The position numbers and the translations under genes were made by a program. A stretch of DNA of 64,000 nucleotides from an uncultured Candidatus Rokubacteria bacterium (lineage in GTDB: Bacteria; Methylomirabilota; Methylomirabilia; Rokubacteriales; CSP1-6): NCBI GenBank assembly GCA_963754315.1, contig CAVWFS010000018.1:416001-480000 (forward strand), given 5' to 3'. Of the stretch, positions 8,807-18,339 are shown one piece after another. How positions within the stretch are numbered: the first letter of the stretch is position 1; each line of letters opens with the position of its first letter. The notes beneath the pieces were generated by a model. It saw nothing but the letters and a program-made list of their open reading frames with translations, made no database searches and was not told where the DNA came from.

Positions 8807-11800
8807 ATGCAGAAGCTCGCTGAGGTCTGCATCCGTCGACCGGTGTTCGCCACCATGATCATCATGGCGCTGGTCGTCGTGGGGGCGGTCAGCTACTTCA
8901 GGCTCGGCGTGGACCGCTTCCCGTCAGTGGAACTGCCCACCGTCTCCGTCCGCACAGAGCTGCCGGGCGCCTCGCCCGAGGAGATGGAAACGCAGGTCTC
9001 ACAGAAGCTGGAAGAAGCCATCAACACCATCCAGGGCATCCACGAGCTGCGCTCCATCACGAGCCCCGGAAATTCCATCGTCATCGTCACCTTCAACCTG
9101 AACCGTCCCATCGACGTGGCTGCGCAGGACATCCGCGAGAAGGTGGCCATCGCTGTTCGCAACCTGCCCCGCGACATCCGACCACCGATCATCTCCAAGT
9201 TCGACAACGATCAGGCGCCGGTGCTGACCCTGGCCGTCTCCGGCAACCGGTCATTGCGGGAGCTGACGGAGATCGCCGACAAGACGGTCAAGGTCGACAT
9301 CGAGCGTGCGTCCGGGGTAGGGGAAGTGCGCCTGGTGGGGGGACTCTCACGGGCCGTCAACGTGTGGGTGGACGCCAACCGGCTGGCCGCCTACCAGATC
9401 CCCATCGCCTCTGTGCGCGACGCCATTGCCCGGCAGAACGCCGACCTCCCGGGAGGCAACGTCACCACCGGGCGCAGCGAGCAGTCCTTGCGGACGATGG
9501 GGCGCATCGTGGACCCCAGGTCGTTCAACGATCTGGTGGTCGCCACCGTCAACGGCGCACCCGTCCGCGTTCGCGACATCGGGGCGGCGGAGGACGGCAC
9601 CAAGGAGCAGCGCTCGGCCGCCCGCATCAACGGGGTGCCGAGCGTGGTGCTGGAGGTACGCCGGCAGTCGGGGGAAAACACGGTGGCCGTCATCGAGGCG
9701 GTGAAGACCAACCTGGCCCGCCTGGCTCCCCGTCTGCCCGCCGACGTCAAGACCGAGATTATCCGCGATCAGTCGAGCTACATCTACAACGCCTTGCACG
9801 AGATCAACCTGCATCTGGTGCTGGGCAGCATCCTCGCCTCCCTGGTGGTGCTGCTCTTCATGCGGAGCCTGCGCTCGACCATCATCGCGGCGGTAGCCAT
9901 TCCCTGCTCGGTCATTGCTGCCTTCGGCATGATGTGGGCGCTCGGGTTCACCCTCAACAGCGTGACCATGCTCGCCCTCGTGCTCATGGTCGGCATCGTC
10001 ATCGACGACGCCATCGTGGTGCTCGAGAACATCTACCGGTTCGTGGAAGAGAAGAAGATGCGGCCGTTCGAGGCGGCCCGGGAAGCCACCGCCGATATCG
10101 GCCTCGCCGTCATGGCCACGACCTTCTCGTTGGTGGTGATCTTCGTGCCCGTGTCGTTCATGTCGTCGATCTCGGGACGCTTCCTCTACCAGTTCGGCCT
10201 CACGGCGGCCGTCTCGGTCCTGGTGAGCCTCCTCGTGTCCTTCACCCTGACCCCCATGATGAGCGCGCGCATGCTGCGCGCCGAGGACGCCAGCGCCCAC
10301 GGGCATGGCGAAGCACGGTCTCGGCGTGGCTTCTACGGGGTGATCGACCGGGGATATACCTGGCTCTTGCGGCTCTCCATGAGTCGGTGGGGTCGTCCCG
10401 TGGTGGTCGTGCTCGCCCTGCTCGTGCTGGCCTCCACTATCCCCCTCTACGAATGGGTCAAGCGGGAGTACGTGCCGAGCGACGTGGACGAGGCCGAGTT
10501 CGAGATGCTCATCGAGGGCCAGGAAGGGATGAGCCTGGCGGCCATGGACGAGGCGCTGCAGGCGATCGATCGGGAGGCGCGCGCGGTGCGCGGGGTGCGG
10601 CTGGTCGTCCTGGTGACCGGGACGGGAGGACTGGCGCGGGTCAATCAGGGCAATGGCTACGTGCGCATCGCCCCCCATGCCGAGCGCACCGTGACCCTGA
10701 CTCGTCTGTGGGACGGGGTGCGTCGGGGGGATCCGTTCGCCGCTTTCCGCGACAACTATTCTCAGCGTCAGGTCATGACGGAGCTACGCCAGCGCTTGCG
10801 CAAGTTCACCGATATGCGGATCTCAATCCGGAACATCCCGGGTTTCAACATCGGAGGCGGTAACTTCGACATTGACTTTGTCTTGCGGGGGCCCGACCTG
10901 GAGACGCTGGCTCGCTACGGCGAGCAGCTGCGGCGCAAGGGGATCGAGCTTGGCGGCATGAATGACCTCAACACCACCCTGCGTCTCGATCGGCCTGAAC
11001 TCCGGGTGCAGATCGACCGGGAGCGGGCGGCCGACCTGCTCGTCGACACCGAGCAGATCGCGACCACCCTGCGTCTCATGGTCGGTGGAGACCAGGAAGT
11101 CTCGCGCTTTCGCGATCCCGTCATCAACGAGGACTATGACGTCCAGCTTCGCCTGCGCGAGGAGGACCGGCGCGACCCGAGAACCATCTCACGCCTGTTC
11201 GTGTCACGCCCGGGAGCCACCTCCGGCACGGGGGTGGGCGCCGCGCCGGCCCTTGGGCTGGCACCGGGCGGCGGGTTGGTCCGTCTCGACAGCCTCGTGA
11301 AGATCGTTCCCACCCGGACGGCTCCCCGTATCGATCGGTCTGATCGTCAGCGCGAGGTGCGGCTGCGGGCTTCGGTGGCGCCCGGGTACGGCCTCGCCGA
11401 CCGGATCGACGCCCTCCGCCAGGCGGCCGTCCAGATGGATCTTCCGCCCGGCTATACCACGGCCGTGTCAGGGCGGGCGAGCGAGTTCGAGAAGACCTTT
11501 AAGGAGTTCCTGTGGGTGTTTCTTCTCGCGGTCATCTTCATGTACATGATCCTGGCCTCGCAGTTCGAGAGTCTCATTCACCCGCTGACGATCCTGCTCT
11601 CGCTCCCTCTTGCCGTGCCGTTCGCACTCTTCTCCTTGTGGTACACGGGCAACACGCTGAATCTGTACTCGGCGCTGGGAATCCTGGTTCTGTTCGGCAT
11701 CGTGAAGAAGAACTCGATCTTGCAGATCGACCAGATGAACGCCCTGCGCGAAGCCGGTCACGATCGGGCCTACGCGATCATCGAGGGTAACCGCAACCGA

Positions 11801-12176
11801 CTCCGGCCGATCCTCATGACCACTCTGGCTCTGGTGGCGGGCATGCTGCCGCTGTGGCTCGGTACTGGTCCGGGCGCCGAGGAGCGTCGCGCCATCGCTG
11901 TCGTGGTCATCGGCGGTCAGTCCCTCTGCCTGTTGCTCACTCTGCTGGTCACGCCGGTGGCCTACTCGCTCTTCGAGGACTTTGCGCGAGCCATGGGCTG
12001 GCAGGGTCTCTCACGGCGGAGTCGGCGCGTGATGGACCGGCTCCGGCCAGCAAAACGGCTGGTGGCGGCCCCGCACGGCCAATGGCTCGGCCCTCGGGCC
12101 CGGTATACCAGTCGCCCCCTTCGAGGACGACGACCGCGAAGCCCCTGCGCCGAAGCCCGAAGCCGGACACCGCTAG
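8807..12176 (+). CDS. RND efflux permease (AcrB/CzcA/MdtB family), probable +1 frameshift near 12070
   Basis: IRRPVFA, VGIVIDDAIVVLENI, GIVKKNSIL, RLRPILMTT. The shifted frame gives a tail TANGSALGPGIPVAPFEDDDREAPAPKPEAGHR ending at TAG 12174-12176. As given, the ORF reads through to 13375. Confidence 0.85.
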
Positions 12177-12202
12177 GCCTCCAAGCCATCGAGGGCAGAT
12201 AC

Positions 12203-13375
12203 ATGTACCCACATCAGAACGAACGTCTGACCGTGGCCCTGGACCGGGCTGGTGTGGAGGCCCTGGTGGCCACGTCGGCCGCCAACGTCGCCTATGTGGC
12301 CGGGTTCGTCGGTGTCGGCGACCCCGGAGCCACTTCGAGCGGATCGGCCATCTTCACCCGGCAAGGGACGGCCCTGGTGCTCCCGGCCATCGCGGCGCCG
12401 TCGGCCATCAGCGAGGGGCTCGAGGTGGACCACCTCGTGTGTTTCGGTGATTTTCAGGCGGCATTCAAACAGCCTCGGGATGCCTCCCTGTCTCGCTTGC
12501 AGTCGGTCCTGGACCAGCGGGCGGCGAGCCTCCCCGAGGCGCTCGGACTAGCCCTCGGTCTGTTGGGTGTACGAAGTGGGACGGTCGGCGTCGAGATGGG
12601 CGGGCTTGCCCCCCTCGAGTGGGAACGCGTGAACGAACGGCTCGTTCCCCTCAAGATCGTAAGCGGCGCCGACCACCTCGCGGCCGCGCGCCGTGTGAAG
12701 GCACCGTTCGAGATCGAATGCCTGCAACGCGCTCTGGGCATCGCCGAGGAGGCGCTCAACGAGGTGATTCAGACCATTGCTCGCGGGACCACCGAGCGCG
12801 AGGCGGCCACCGCGTATCGGGCGGAAGTCGTGAAGCGAGGCGCCGATCCTTGCCGCGTTCGGGTCTTGATGGGCGAGCGTACGGGCCTTCCCCTGGCCCG
12901 GCCGACTGACCGGGCCTTGCGTCCGGGCGAGCTGGTGCGTTTCGATGTCGGCTGCGTCTATCGCGGGTACCATGCGGGTGTCGCCCGGACGGGAGTGCTC
13001 GGCGCTCCCACGAGCGAGCACGACGCTTCCTATGGAGCCCTCCTGGCCGGTATGGAGGCGGCCATCGCCGGCGCGGCGCCTGGGCGTTCGGCGGGCCACG
13101 TTCCGACGGCAGCGGACCAGGCCGTGCGTGCCCACGGTCTCGAGCGTTACCGACACGGTTCTGTCGGCCACGGGATCGGCCTCGAGCCCTGCGAGCCCCC
13201 GTCCCTCAGCGAGGGCGACCGAACGGCGCTCGAGGCGGGGGAGGTCCTTCAGATCGACGTCTCATTTTGCGAGATCGGCGCCTGCGGCTTCGCGGTGAAG
13301 GAGACGGTTCTGGTGACGACGACAGGGGCCCGCTCGCTGAATCGATCGGCGCGCGGGTTGGTTACCCTGGACTGA
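12203..13375 (+). CDS. Xaa-Pro peptidase / creatinase (M24) fold protein
   Basis: ATG at 12203 after GAGGG. Creatinase-N-like start (EALVATSAANVAYVAG), RRVKAPFEI, RFDVG, GHGIGL, ETVLVT. Confidence 0.8.
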   Translation: MYPHQNERLTVALDRAGVEALVATSAANVAYVAGFVGVGDPGATSSGSAIFTRQGTALVLPAIAAPSAISEGLEVDHLVCFGDFQAAFKQPRDASLSRLQSVLDQRAASLPEALGLALGLLGVRSGTVGVEMGGLAPLEWERVNERLVPLKIVSGADHLAAARRVKAPFEIECLQRALGIAEEALNEVIQTIARGTTEREAATAYRAEVVKRGADPCRVRVLMGERTGLPLARPTDRALRPGELVRFDVGCVYRGYHAGVARTGVLGAPTSEHDASYGALLAGMEAAIAGAAPGRSAGHVPTAADQAVRAHGLERYRHGSVGHGIGLEPCEPPSLSEGDRTALEAGEVLQIDVSFCEIGACGFAVKETVLVTTTGARSLNRSARGLVTLD

Positions 13376-13479
13376 GTTGTGGGACTGAAGAGCGTATGGT
13401 AGTTTGAGCCATTTTATCCGAACGTGCTGCACTCCTGTCCTGGGCGTGCGTGCAGGACCACTTTCACGGGAGGGACACC

Positions 13480-15036
13480 ATGACTTCGTTCAGGATCATG
13501 TTCCGGCGTCGTCCGCTGACACTGGTCGTGCTCCTCTTCGCCGTCGTCCTCGGCGGCCCCTTACCGCTGACGGCGCAGCAGGCGCCGGCGGGGCAGGTCA
13601 CCATGGCCTGGCATGTGACGATCGCGCCGAGTTGGTTCGACCCCTCGACGGCGCCGCCTCAGATCACGCCCTTCGGCCTCCTCTATGCGATGCACGACGC
13701 CCTCGTGCGGCCGTATCCCGGCCACAAGATGGGGCCAAGCCTCGCCGAGTCGTGGCAGGAGAGCGCTGACGGCAAGACCTACGAGTTCAAGCTGCGGCCT
13801 GGGCTCAAGTTTCATAACGGTGATCCGCTGACGGCCGAGGATGTGAAGTTCAGCTTCGAGCGCTACAAGGGAGCCGGTGCCACCATCATGAAGGAGCGCG
13901 TACGGGAGGTGGAGATCGTCAATCCCCTCCTGGTGCGCTTTCATCTCAAGGAGGCGTGGCCCGACTTCATGACGTTCTACGGCACCACAGCCACCGCGGC
14001 CGGCATCGTCGTACCCAAGAAGTACCTCTCCCAGGTGGGAGACGACGGTTTCAAGAAACAGCCCATCGGGGCAGGCCCCTACAAGTTCGTGAGCCACAAG
14101 CCTGGCGTGGAAGTCGTGCTGGAGGCGAACCCCGGGTACTGGCGCCGTGTGTCCAACGTCAAAACGCTCGTCATGAAGAGTGTCCCCGACGCCAACACCC
14201 GGGCCGTGATGCTCAAAACCGGAGACGCTGACATTGCGGTCGCGCTGGATGGTCCCGACGCTGAAGACCTCAAACGCGATCCCCGTATGCAGGTGGTGGC
14301 CTCCAAACACGCCTCGATCTTCTGGGTGGAATTCGCCGATCAGTGGGACCCGAAGTCTCCCTGGCACGACAAGCGAATGCGGTTGGCCGTGAACTATGCG
14401 CTGAACCGCAAGGCTATCAACGACGCCGGCTGTATTGGCCTGTGCCCGCCGGCTGGCGTGATCGTCCCCCGCGTCATGGACTTCGCGCTGCAGGTGGAGC
14501 CCCTCCCGTATGATCCGCAGAAGGCCAAGCAGTTGCTCACCGAGGCCGGCTATCCGAACGGGCTCGACGCCGGTGATTTCGGGGCGATCCCTGGGTTCCC
14601 GACGGTGGCCGAGGGGGTGCTCAACTATCTCAACGCCGTCGGCATTCGACTGAGGATGCGCTCCATGGAGCGAGCAGCCTTCTACGCGGCCTGGAAGGAC
14701 AAGCAGTTGCACGGCCTGTTCCTCACCGCGGTGGGAAACTCCGGCAACGCCGCCAGCCGCGTGGAGTCCTTCATCCAATCCAAGGGCGCATACGCCTACG
14801 GCGGCTATCCCGACATCGATGATCTGTTTCAACAGCAGGGGCGTGAGCGAGATGTCAAGAAGCGAGAAGCGCTCCTGCTGAAGATTCAGCAGCTCACGAT
14901 CGACCGGGTGATGTTCGCGCCGGTCATGGACCTCCGCGCCTTGATGGGGGTCGGACCGCGCGTGGCCAAGCACACGATCACGGAAGTCTGGATGAGCCCG
15001 TTCCCGTCCTACGAGGACATGACATTGAAGCCATAG
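13480..15036 (+). CDS. Peptide/nickel-type ABC substrate-binding protein (family 5)
   Basis: GGAGG RBS, signal peptide, LAESW...YEFKLRPGLKFHNG, PIGAGPYKF. Confidence 0.92.
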   Translation: MTSFRIMFRRRPLTLVVLLFAVVLGGPLPLTAQQAPAGQVTMAWHVTIAPSWFDPSTAPPQITPFGLLYAMHDALVRPYPGHKMGPSLAESWQESADGKTYEFKLRPGLKFHNGDPLTAEDVKFSFERYKGAGATIMKERVREVEIVNPLLVRFHLKEAWPDFMTFYGTTATAAGIVVPKKYLSQVGDDGFKKQPIGAGPYKFVSHKPGVEVVLEANPGYWRRVSNVKTLVMKSVPDANTRAVMLKTGDADIAVALDGPDAEDLKRDPRMQVVASKHASIFWVEFADQWDPKSPWHDKRMRLAVNYALNRKAINDAGCIGLCPPAGVIVPRVMDFALQVEPLPYDPQKAKQLLTEAGYPNGLDAGDFGAIPGFPTVAEGVLNYLNAVGIRLRMRSMERAAFYAAWKDKQLHGLFLTAVGNSGNAASRVESFIQSKGAYAYGGYPDIDDLFQQQGRERDVKKREALLLKIQQLTIDRVMFAPVMDLRALMGVGPRVAKHTITEVWMSPFPSYEDMTLKP

Positions 15037-15041
15037 GCGAG

Positions 15042-15088
15042 GCCGGCCAGGGGCGGCCGCGTCTTTCGCGGCCACCCCTTGGCTGGCG
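15042..15088 (+). terminator. GC-rich imperfect stem-loop 3' of the SBP gene (terminator or mRNA stabiliser)
   Basis: GCCGGCCAGGGG-C-GGCCGCG / TCTTT / CGCGGCC-A-CCCCTTGGCTGGC, with no U-tract. Confidence 0.4.
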
Positions 15089-15303
15089 AACGCCTACGAC
15101 GGTCTCTGCTTGTCAGTCAGCTGGTCGGCGTGACGGTGCAGCAGCTTCCAGGCGTCGGCCTCCCTGTCCTCCTACGCATCGAGGCACCTCCTGCCGATGG
15201 CCCGACCCTAGGGACAGGCCGTCATCCCGTCAAAGAGTTCGGGAGGCGCTCTTTACAGGAGGGGGCATGCGCGCGATATAGTTCGCCGACCCCTATATCA
15301 CAC

Positions 15304-17709
15304 ATGGAGAACCGGGCCCCGCTCACTTCGGCCACCGCGCTGGCCCGAACCCCGCTGTTCTCCCAGCTCAGCCGCGTCGATCTCGCCAAGCTCGCCGGTG
15401 AGCTGGAGGAGCGGCAGTTCGAGGCGGGAGCAATCGTCGTGCGGGAGGGGGAACCCGGTGACGCTCTCTATGTGATCAAGGCGGGTGAAGCTCGGATCGT
15501 CATCGGTACAGACGGCGACCATCTCCGTATCGTGTTGCGGGCCGGGGAGTGCTTCGGTGAGATGGCGCTCCTGACTCACCTGCCACGCACAGCTTCGGTC
15601 GTGGCCCATACAGACCTCACCGTCTGGCAACTCTCGCGTGCCCGCTTCGATACCCTCGTCACCAATGAGCGGGCCATCGCGAAGAACATCGAGCGGGTTC
15701 TCACCGAACGGCTGGCTCTCAGCAACCGCCAGCTCGCTGCCGCGCGCGCTGCTGCTCATACCTTGGCGCGGGCTGCGCTGCGGCTCCTGAGTCCAGGTGC
15801 GATCGCGCTGCTGGGAGGTCTGCTCACGCGGCCCCGCTGGGAGGCCGAGGTGCTCGCCCGGATCTGTGCGCGCACAGGGCAGGAGCAGGCCCTCGTCGAC
15901 CTGGAGCAGGTGCCCGGCTTCGTCGTGCGCGGCGAATCGTGGGTGGCGGCCGAGGCGTCGACGGCGGAACTGATCAGCGAGGCACTGCCGGAGCCGGCGC
16001 CGACGTGGCTCGAGGTGGCGAGTGACGAGTTGGCCCGTGCTGGCGACGCGGTGGGCGCCGTGGAGCTCGCATTGCGCGGGACGGCATTCCCGCGGGCGGC
16101 TGCCCTCCTGGCCGCGGAGCAGGCTCGGCTCGCCGCGACCGTCGCGGTGAACGACGTCGACCGCTGGGTGCTCCGCGCTGCCGCCGACGATGCCCTCGGC
16201 GCCCTGCTCGCAGAACTGCGTACCATGGTCCTGGCTCGCCGCCCTGGTCCTCGCGGACGCAGCAGGCAGCCGCGCGGGCGGTCAGCGCTGAATCGATTGC
16301 GCGTGCGCCTGAGGGTGGTCGGGTTGAGCCGTATTGTCGCCGCCGTGCTGGCCCTGGCCTTCGTCGTACTGGGCTACCTGCTTCCGACGCCGGAGGGACT
16401 GGAACGCGCGGGGCTCGTCACCCTGGGCGCGATCGTGGCCACGGTTCCCCTCCTCGTGGTCGGCCTCCTGCCCGACTACGTGGTGATGCTTCTGCTGGCC
16501 ATCGTCCTGGTGGTGCCGGGGACGGTGTCGCCGGCCGTAATGCTCGGCGGATTCGCGACCCCCGCCTGGTTGATGATTCTCACACTGCTGGTGGTAGGAA
16601 CGGCCGTGTCCCGCTCGGGGCTGATGTTCCGGCTCGTGCTGAAGTCACTCGAACGACTTCCCGGCAACTACCTGACGCAGAGCCTGGTGCTGTCGGGGAC
16701 GGGCATCTTCCTGGCGGCGGGGATCACGAGCGGGGCGACCCGGGTCGCTCTCGGGGTGCCCATCGCGCGGGGCATCGCGGAGAGCCTCGGCTTTACGCGC
16801 CGCAGTGCGGGCGCAGCGGCCATCGGACTTCTGACATTCTTCACCTTCCTCCAGCTGGACACGCTCTTCCTCACCGGATCGTTCACGGCCCTCGTCGTGC
16901 ATGATCTGCTCCCGCCTTCCGCCCGGAGCCAGATCACCTGGTGGCGCTGGTTCGTCCTCGCCCTGTCCCCCGCTCTGCTGATGTTCGTGGCGTACTACGC
17001 ATTCCTGTTTATCCACTTCCGCCCGCGCAGTCTTCGTCAGGTTGACGTCCGGGCCGTGCGCCTGCAAGAGGAGCTGCTCGGATCGCTCACGCGGGCCGAG
17101 ATCTGGAGCGTCGTCGTCCTGGTGGGCTTGGTCGTCGGCTTTGCCACCCGGCCCTATCACGGCATCGCGCCGACGTGGTTGGCGGTCTCCGTCTTCGTGG
17201 TGTTGTTCATGGTCGGCGTTCTCGATCACTCAGCGCTGCAGACAGGTGGTAGCCTCGGCCTGCTCGTCTATTCCGGGCTGATCCTCAGTCTGGGAGTCGT
17301 GTTCGCTGGGCTCGGCATCGACAGCTGGCTGTCCTCGCTGGTGCGCAGCGGGATGCCTCGGATCGTGGCGAATCCGTATGCGTTCGTGCTCGTACTGTCC
17401 CTGGTTGCCTTCGCGCTCCGCTTCTTCGTCCCGTGGATGACGGCGTCCACCCTCCTGGTCCTGGTCACCATCCCGCTGGCCGAGGGCCTCGGCTTCCATC
17501 CAGTCATCGCGGTTCTGGTCAGCCTGATGGCCGGCGCCCACAGCTTTCTCCCGTACGTCAACATGGGGTACTCGATCGTCTACTTCGCGAGCGACGGGGA
17601 GCTGTTCAGCCACGCCCAGGCGCGGCGTCCCCTCATGGTCGAGTCTCTCATCCGGATCCTGGCCTTGGTGGCCAGCGTGCCTATCTGGGACGCTCTCGGA
17701 ATGATGTGA
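15304..17709 (+). CDS. Cyclic-nucleotide-binding domain fused to an SLC13/DASS anion transporter
   Basis: N-terminal cNMP motifs (IVVREGEPGDALYVIKAG, FGEMALL, PRTASV). The C-terminal ~450 aa is multi-TM and DASS-like (GFATPAWL, LFLTGS, ITWWRWF, HSFLPY). Confidence 0.8.
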   Translation: MENRAPLTSATALARTPLFSQLSRVDLAKLAGELEERQFEAGAIVVREGEPGDALYVIKAGEARIVIGTDGDHLRIVLRAGECFGEMALLTHLPRTASVVAHTDLTVWQLSRARFDTLVTNERAIAKNIERVLTERLALSNRQLAAARAAAHTLARAALRLLSPGAIALLGGLLTRPRWEAEVLARICARTGQEQALVDLEQVPGFVVRGESWVAAEASTAELISEALPEPAPTWLEVASDELARAGDAVGAVELALRGTAFPRAAALLAAEQARLAATVAVNDVDRWVLRAAADDALGALLAELRTMVLARRPGPRGRSRQPRGRSALNRLRVRLRVVGLSRIVAAVLALAFVVLGYLLPTPEGLERAGLVTLGAIVATVPLLVVGLLPDYVVMLLLAIVLVVPGTVSPAVMLGGFATPAWLMILTLLVVGTAVSRSGLMFRLVLKSLERLPGNYLTQSLVLSGTGIFLAAGITSGATRVALGVPIARGIAESLGFTRRSAGAAAIGLLTFFTFLQLDTLFLTGSFTALVVHDLLPPSARSQITWWRWFVLALSPALLMFVAYYAFLFIHFRPRSLRQVDVRAVRLQEELLGSLTRAEIWSVVVLVGLVVGFATRPYHGIAPTWLAVSVFVVLFMVGVLDHSALQTGGSLGLLVYSGLILSLGVVFAGLGIDSWLSSLVRSGMPRIVANPYAFVLVLSLVAFALRFFVPWMTASTLLVLVTIPLAEGLGFHPVIAVLVSLMAGAHSFLPYVNMGYSIVYFASDGELFSHAQARRPLMVESLIRILALVASVPIWDALGMM

Positions 17710-18316
17710 CAGCCTCGAGGCCCGGCGATGCTCGAGCAGACTCGCGCGGTGAGGCCTCGCAGGCCTGTCGGACGGCCGCCGCCTGGTCGCGCGGCGCCGG
17801 GTGCGACGCGCGCCACTCGTTACTCACAGGGCCGAGATCGGCCAGTCGGGCCAAGACGCTAGCCAAGCCCCGGCAATGCTCCTTGCCGCCGACACGAAGG
17901 AGAAGCACGATCGCGACCTGATCGGCTTGACGCTCCTGGTCGACGCTGTAGGGAGCGGCAGCCCCATGGCGCCGCCCGAGGTGACCGAGCTGGTGGGCAA
18001 GGAGGCCGCGGAGCTCTCCGGAAGAGAGCTCCCTTAGGGCTCCTTCCGTCATGAGCAGGGCCACGGTCTGTGGACAGCGGGGCTCCGACCGGATTGCCAC
18101 CGAGACGTTGATCTGAGGGGCGGGCAGTATGCCGAGCCGCACCACGCAGCCGGACGGAACGCTGATCTGCGCCGCCTGGAGCAGCGGCAGCATCACGCCT
18201 GTCAGCCGTGACTGCTCCTCGGCCGAGGCCTCGCGGAACGGCGCGGATGGCCGAGGGCTGGCGCACCCCATCGCCATCATGCCGGCTAGCAGCAGACCCC
18301 GCCAGAAGGCGGCCAA
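17681..18316 (-). CDS. M48-family metallopeptidase-like lipoprotein (HQxxH variant)
   Basis: Lipobox MAMGC, TEGALREL...ELRGLLAHQLGH, YSVDQERQAD, SHP. Confidence 0.7.
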   Translation of the reverse strand: MAAFWRGLLLAGMMAMGCASPRPSAPFREASAEEQSRLTGVMLPLLQAAQISVPSGCVVRLGILPAPQINVSVAIRSEPRCPQTVALLMTEGALRELSSGELRGLLAHQLGHLGRRHGAAAPYSVDQERQADQVAIVLLLRVGGKEHCRGLASVLARLADLGPVSNEWRASHPAPRDQAAAVRQACEASPRESARASPGLEAVTSFRERPR

Positions 18317-18339
18317 TGCTTGACCCGCCGGATGTTCCG

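Noticed and set aside
13561..15075. Long antisense and alternate-frame ORFs (such as 13561-15075, 21768-23006, 36442-38112, 34088-35467, 9364-10863)
   Set aside because: Shadow ORFs expected from high-GC codon bias, with no recognisable motifs, lying over well-supported genes
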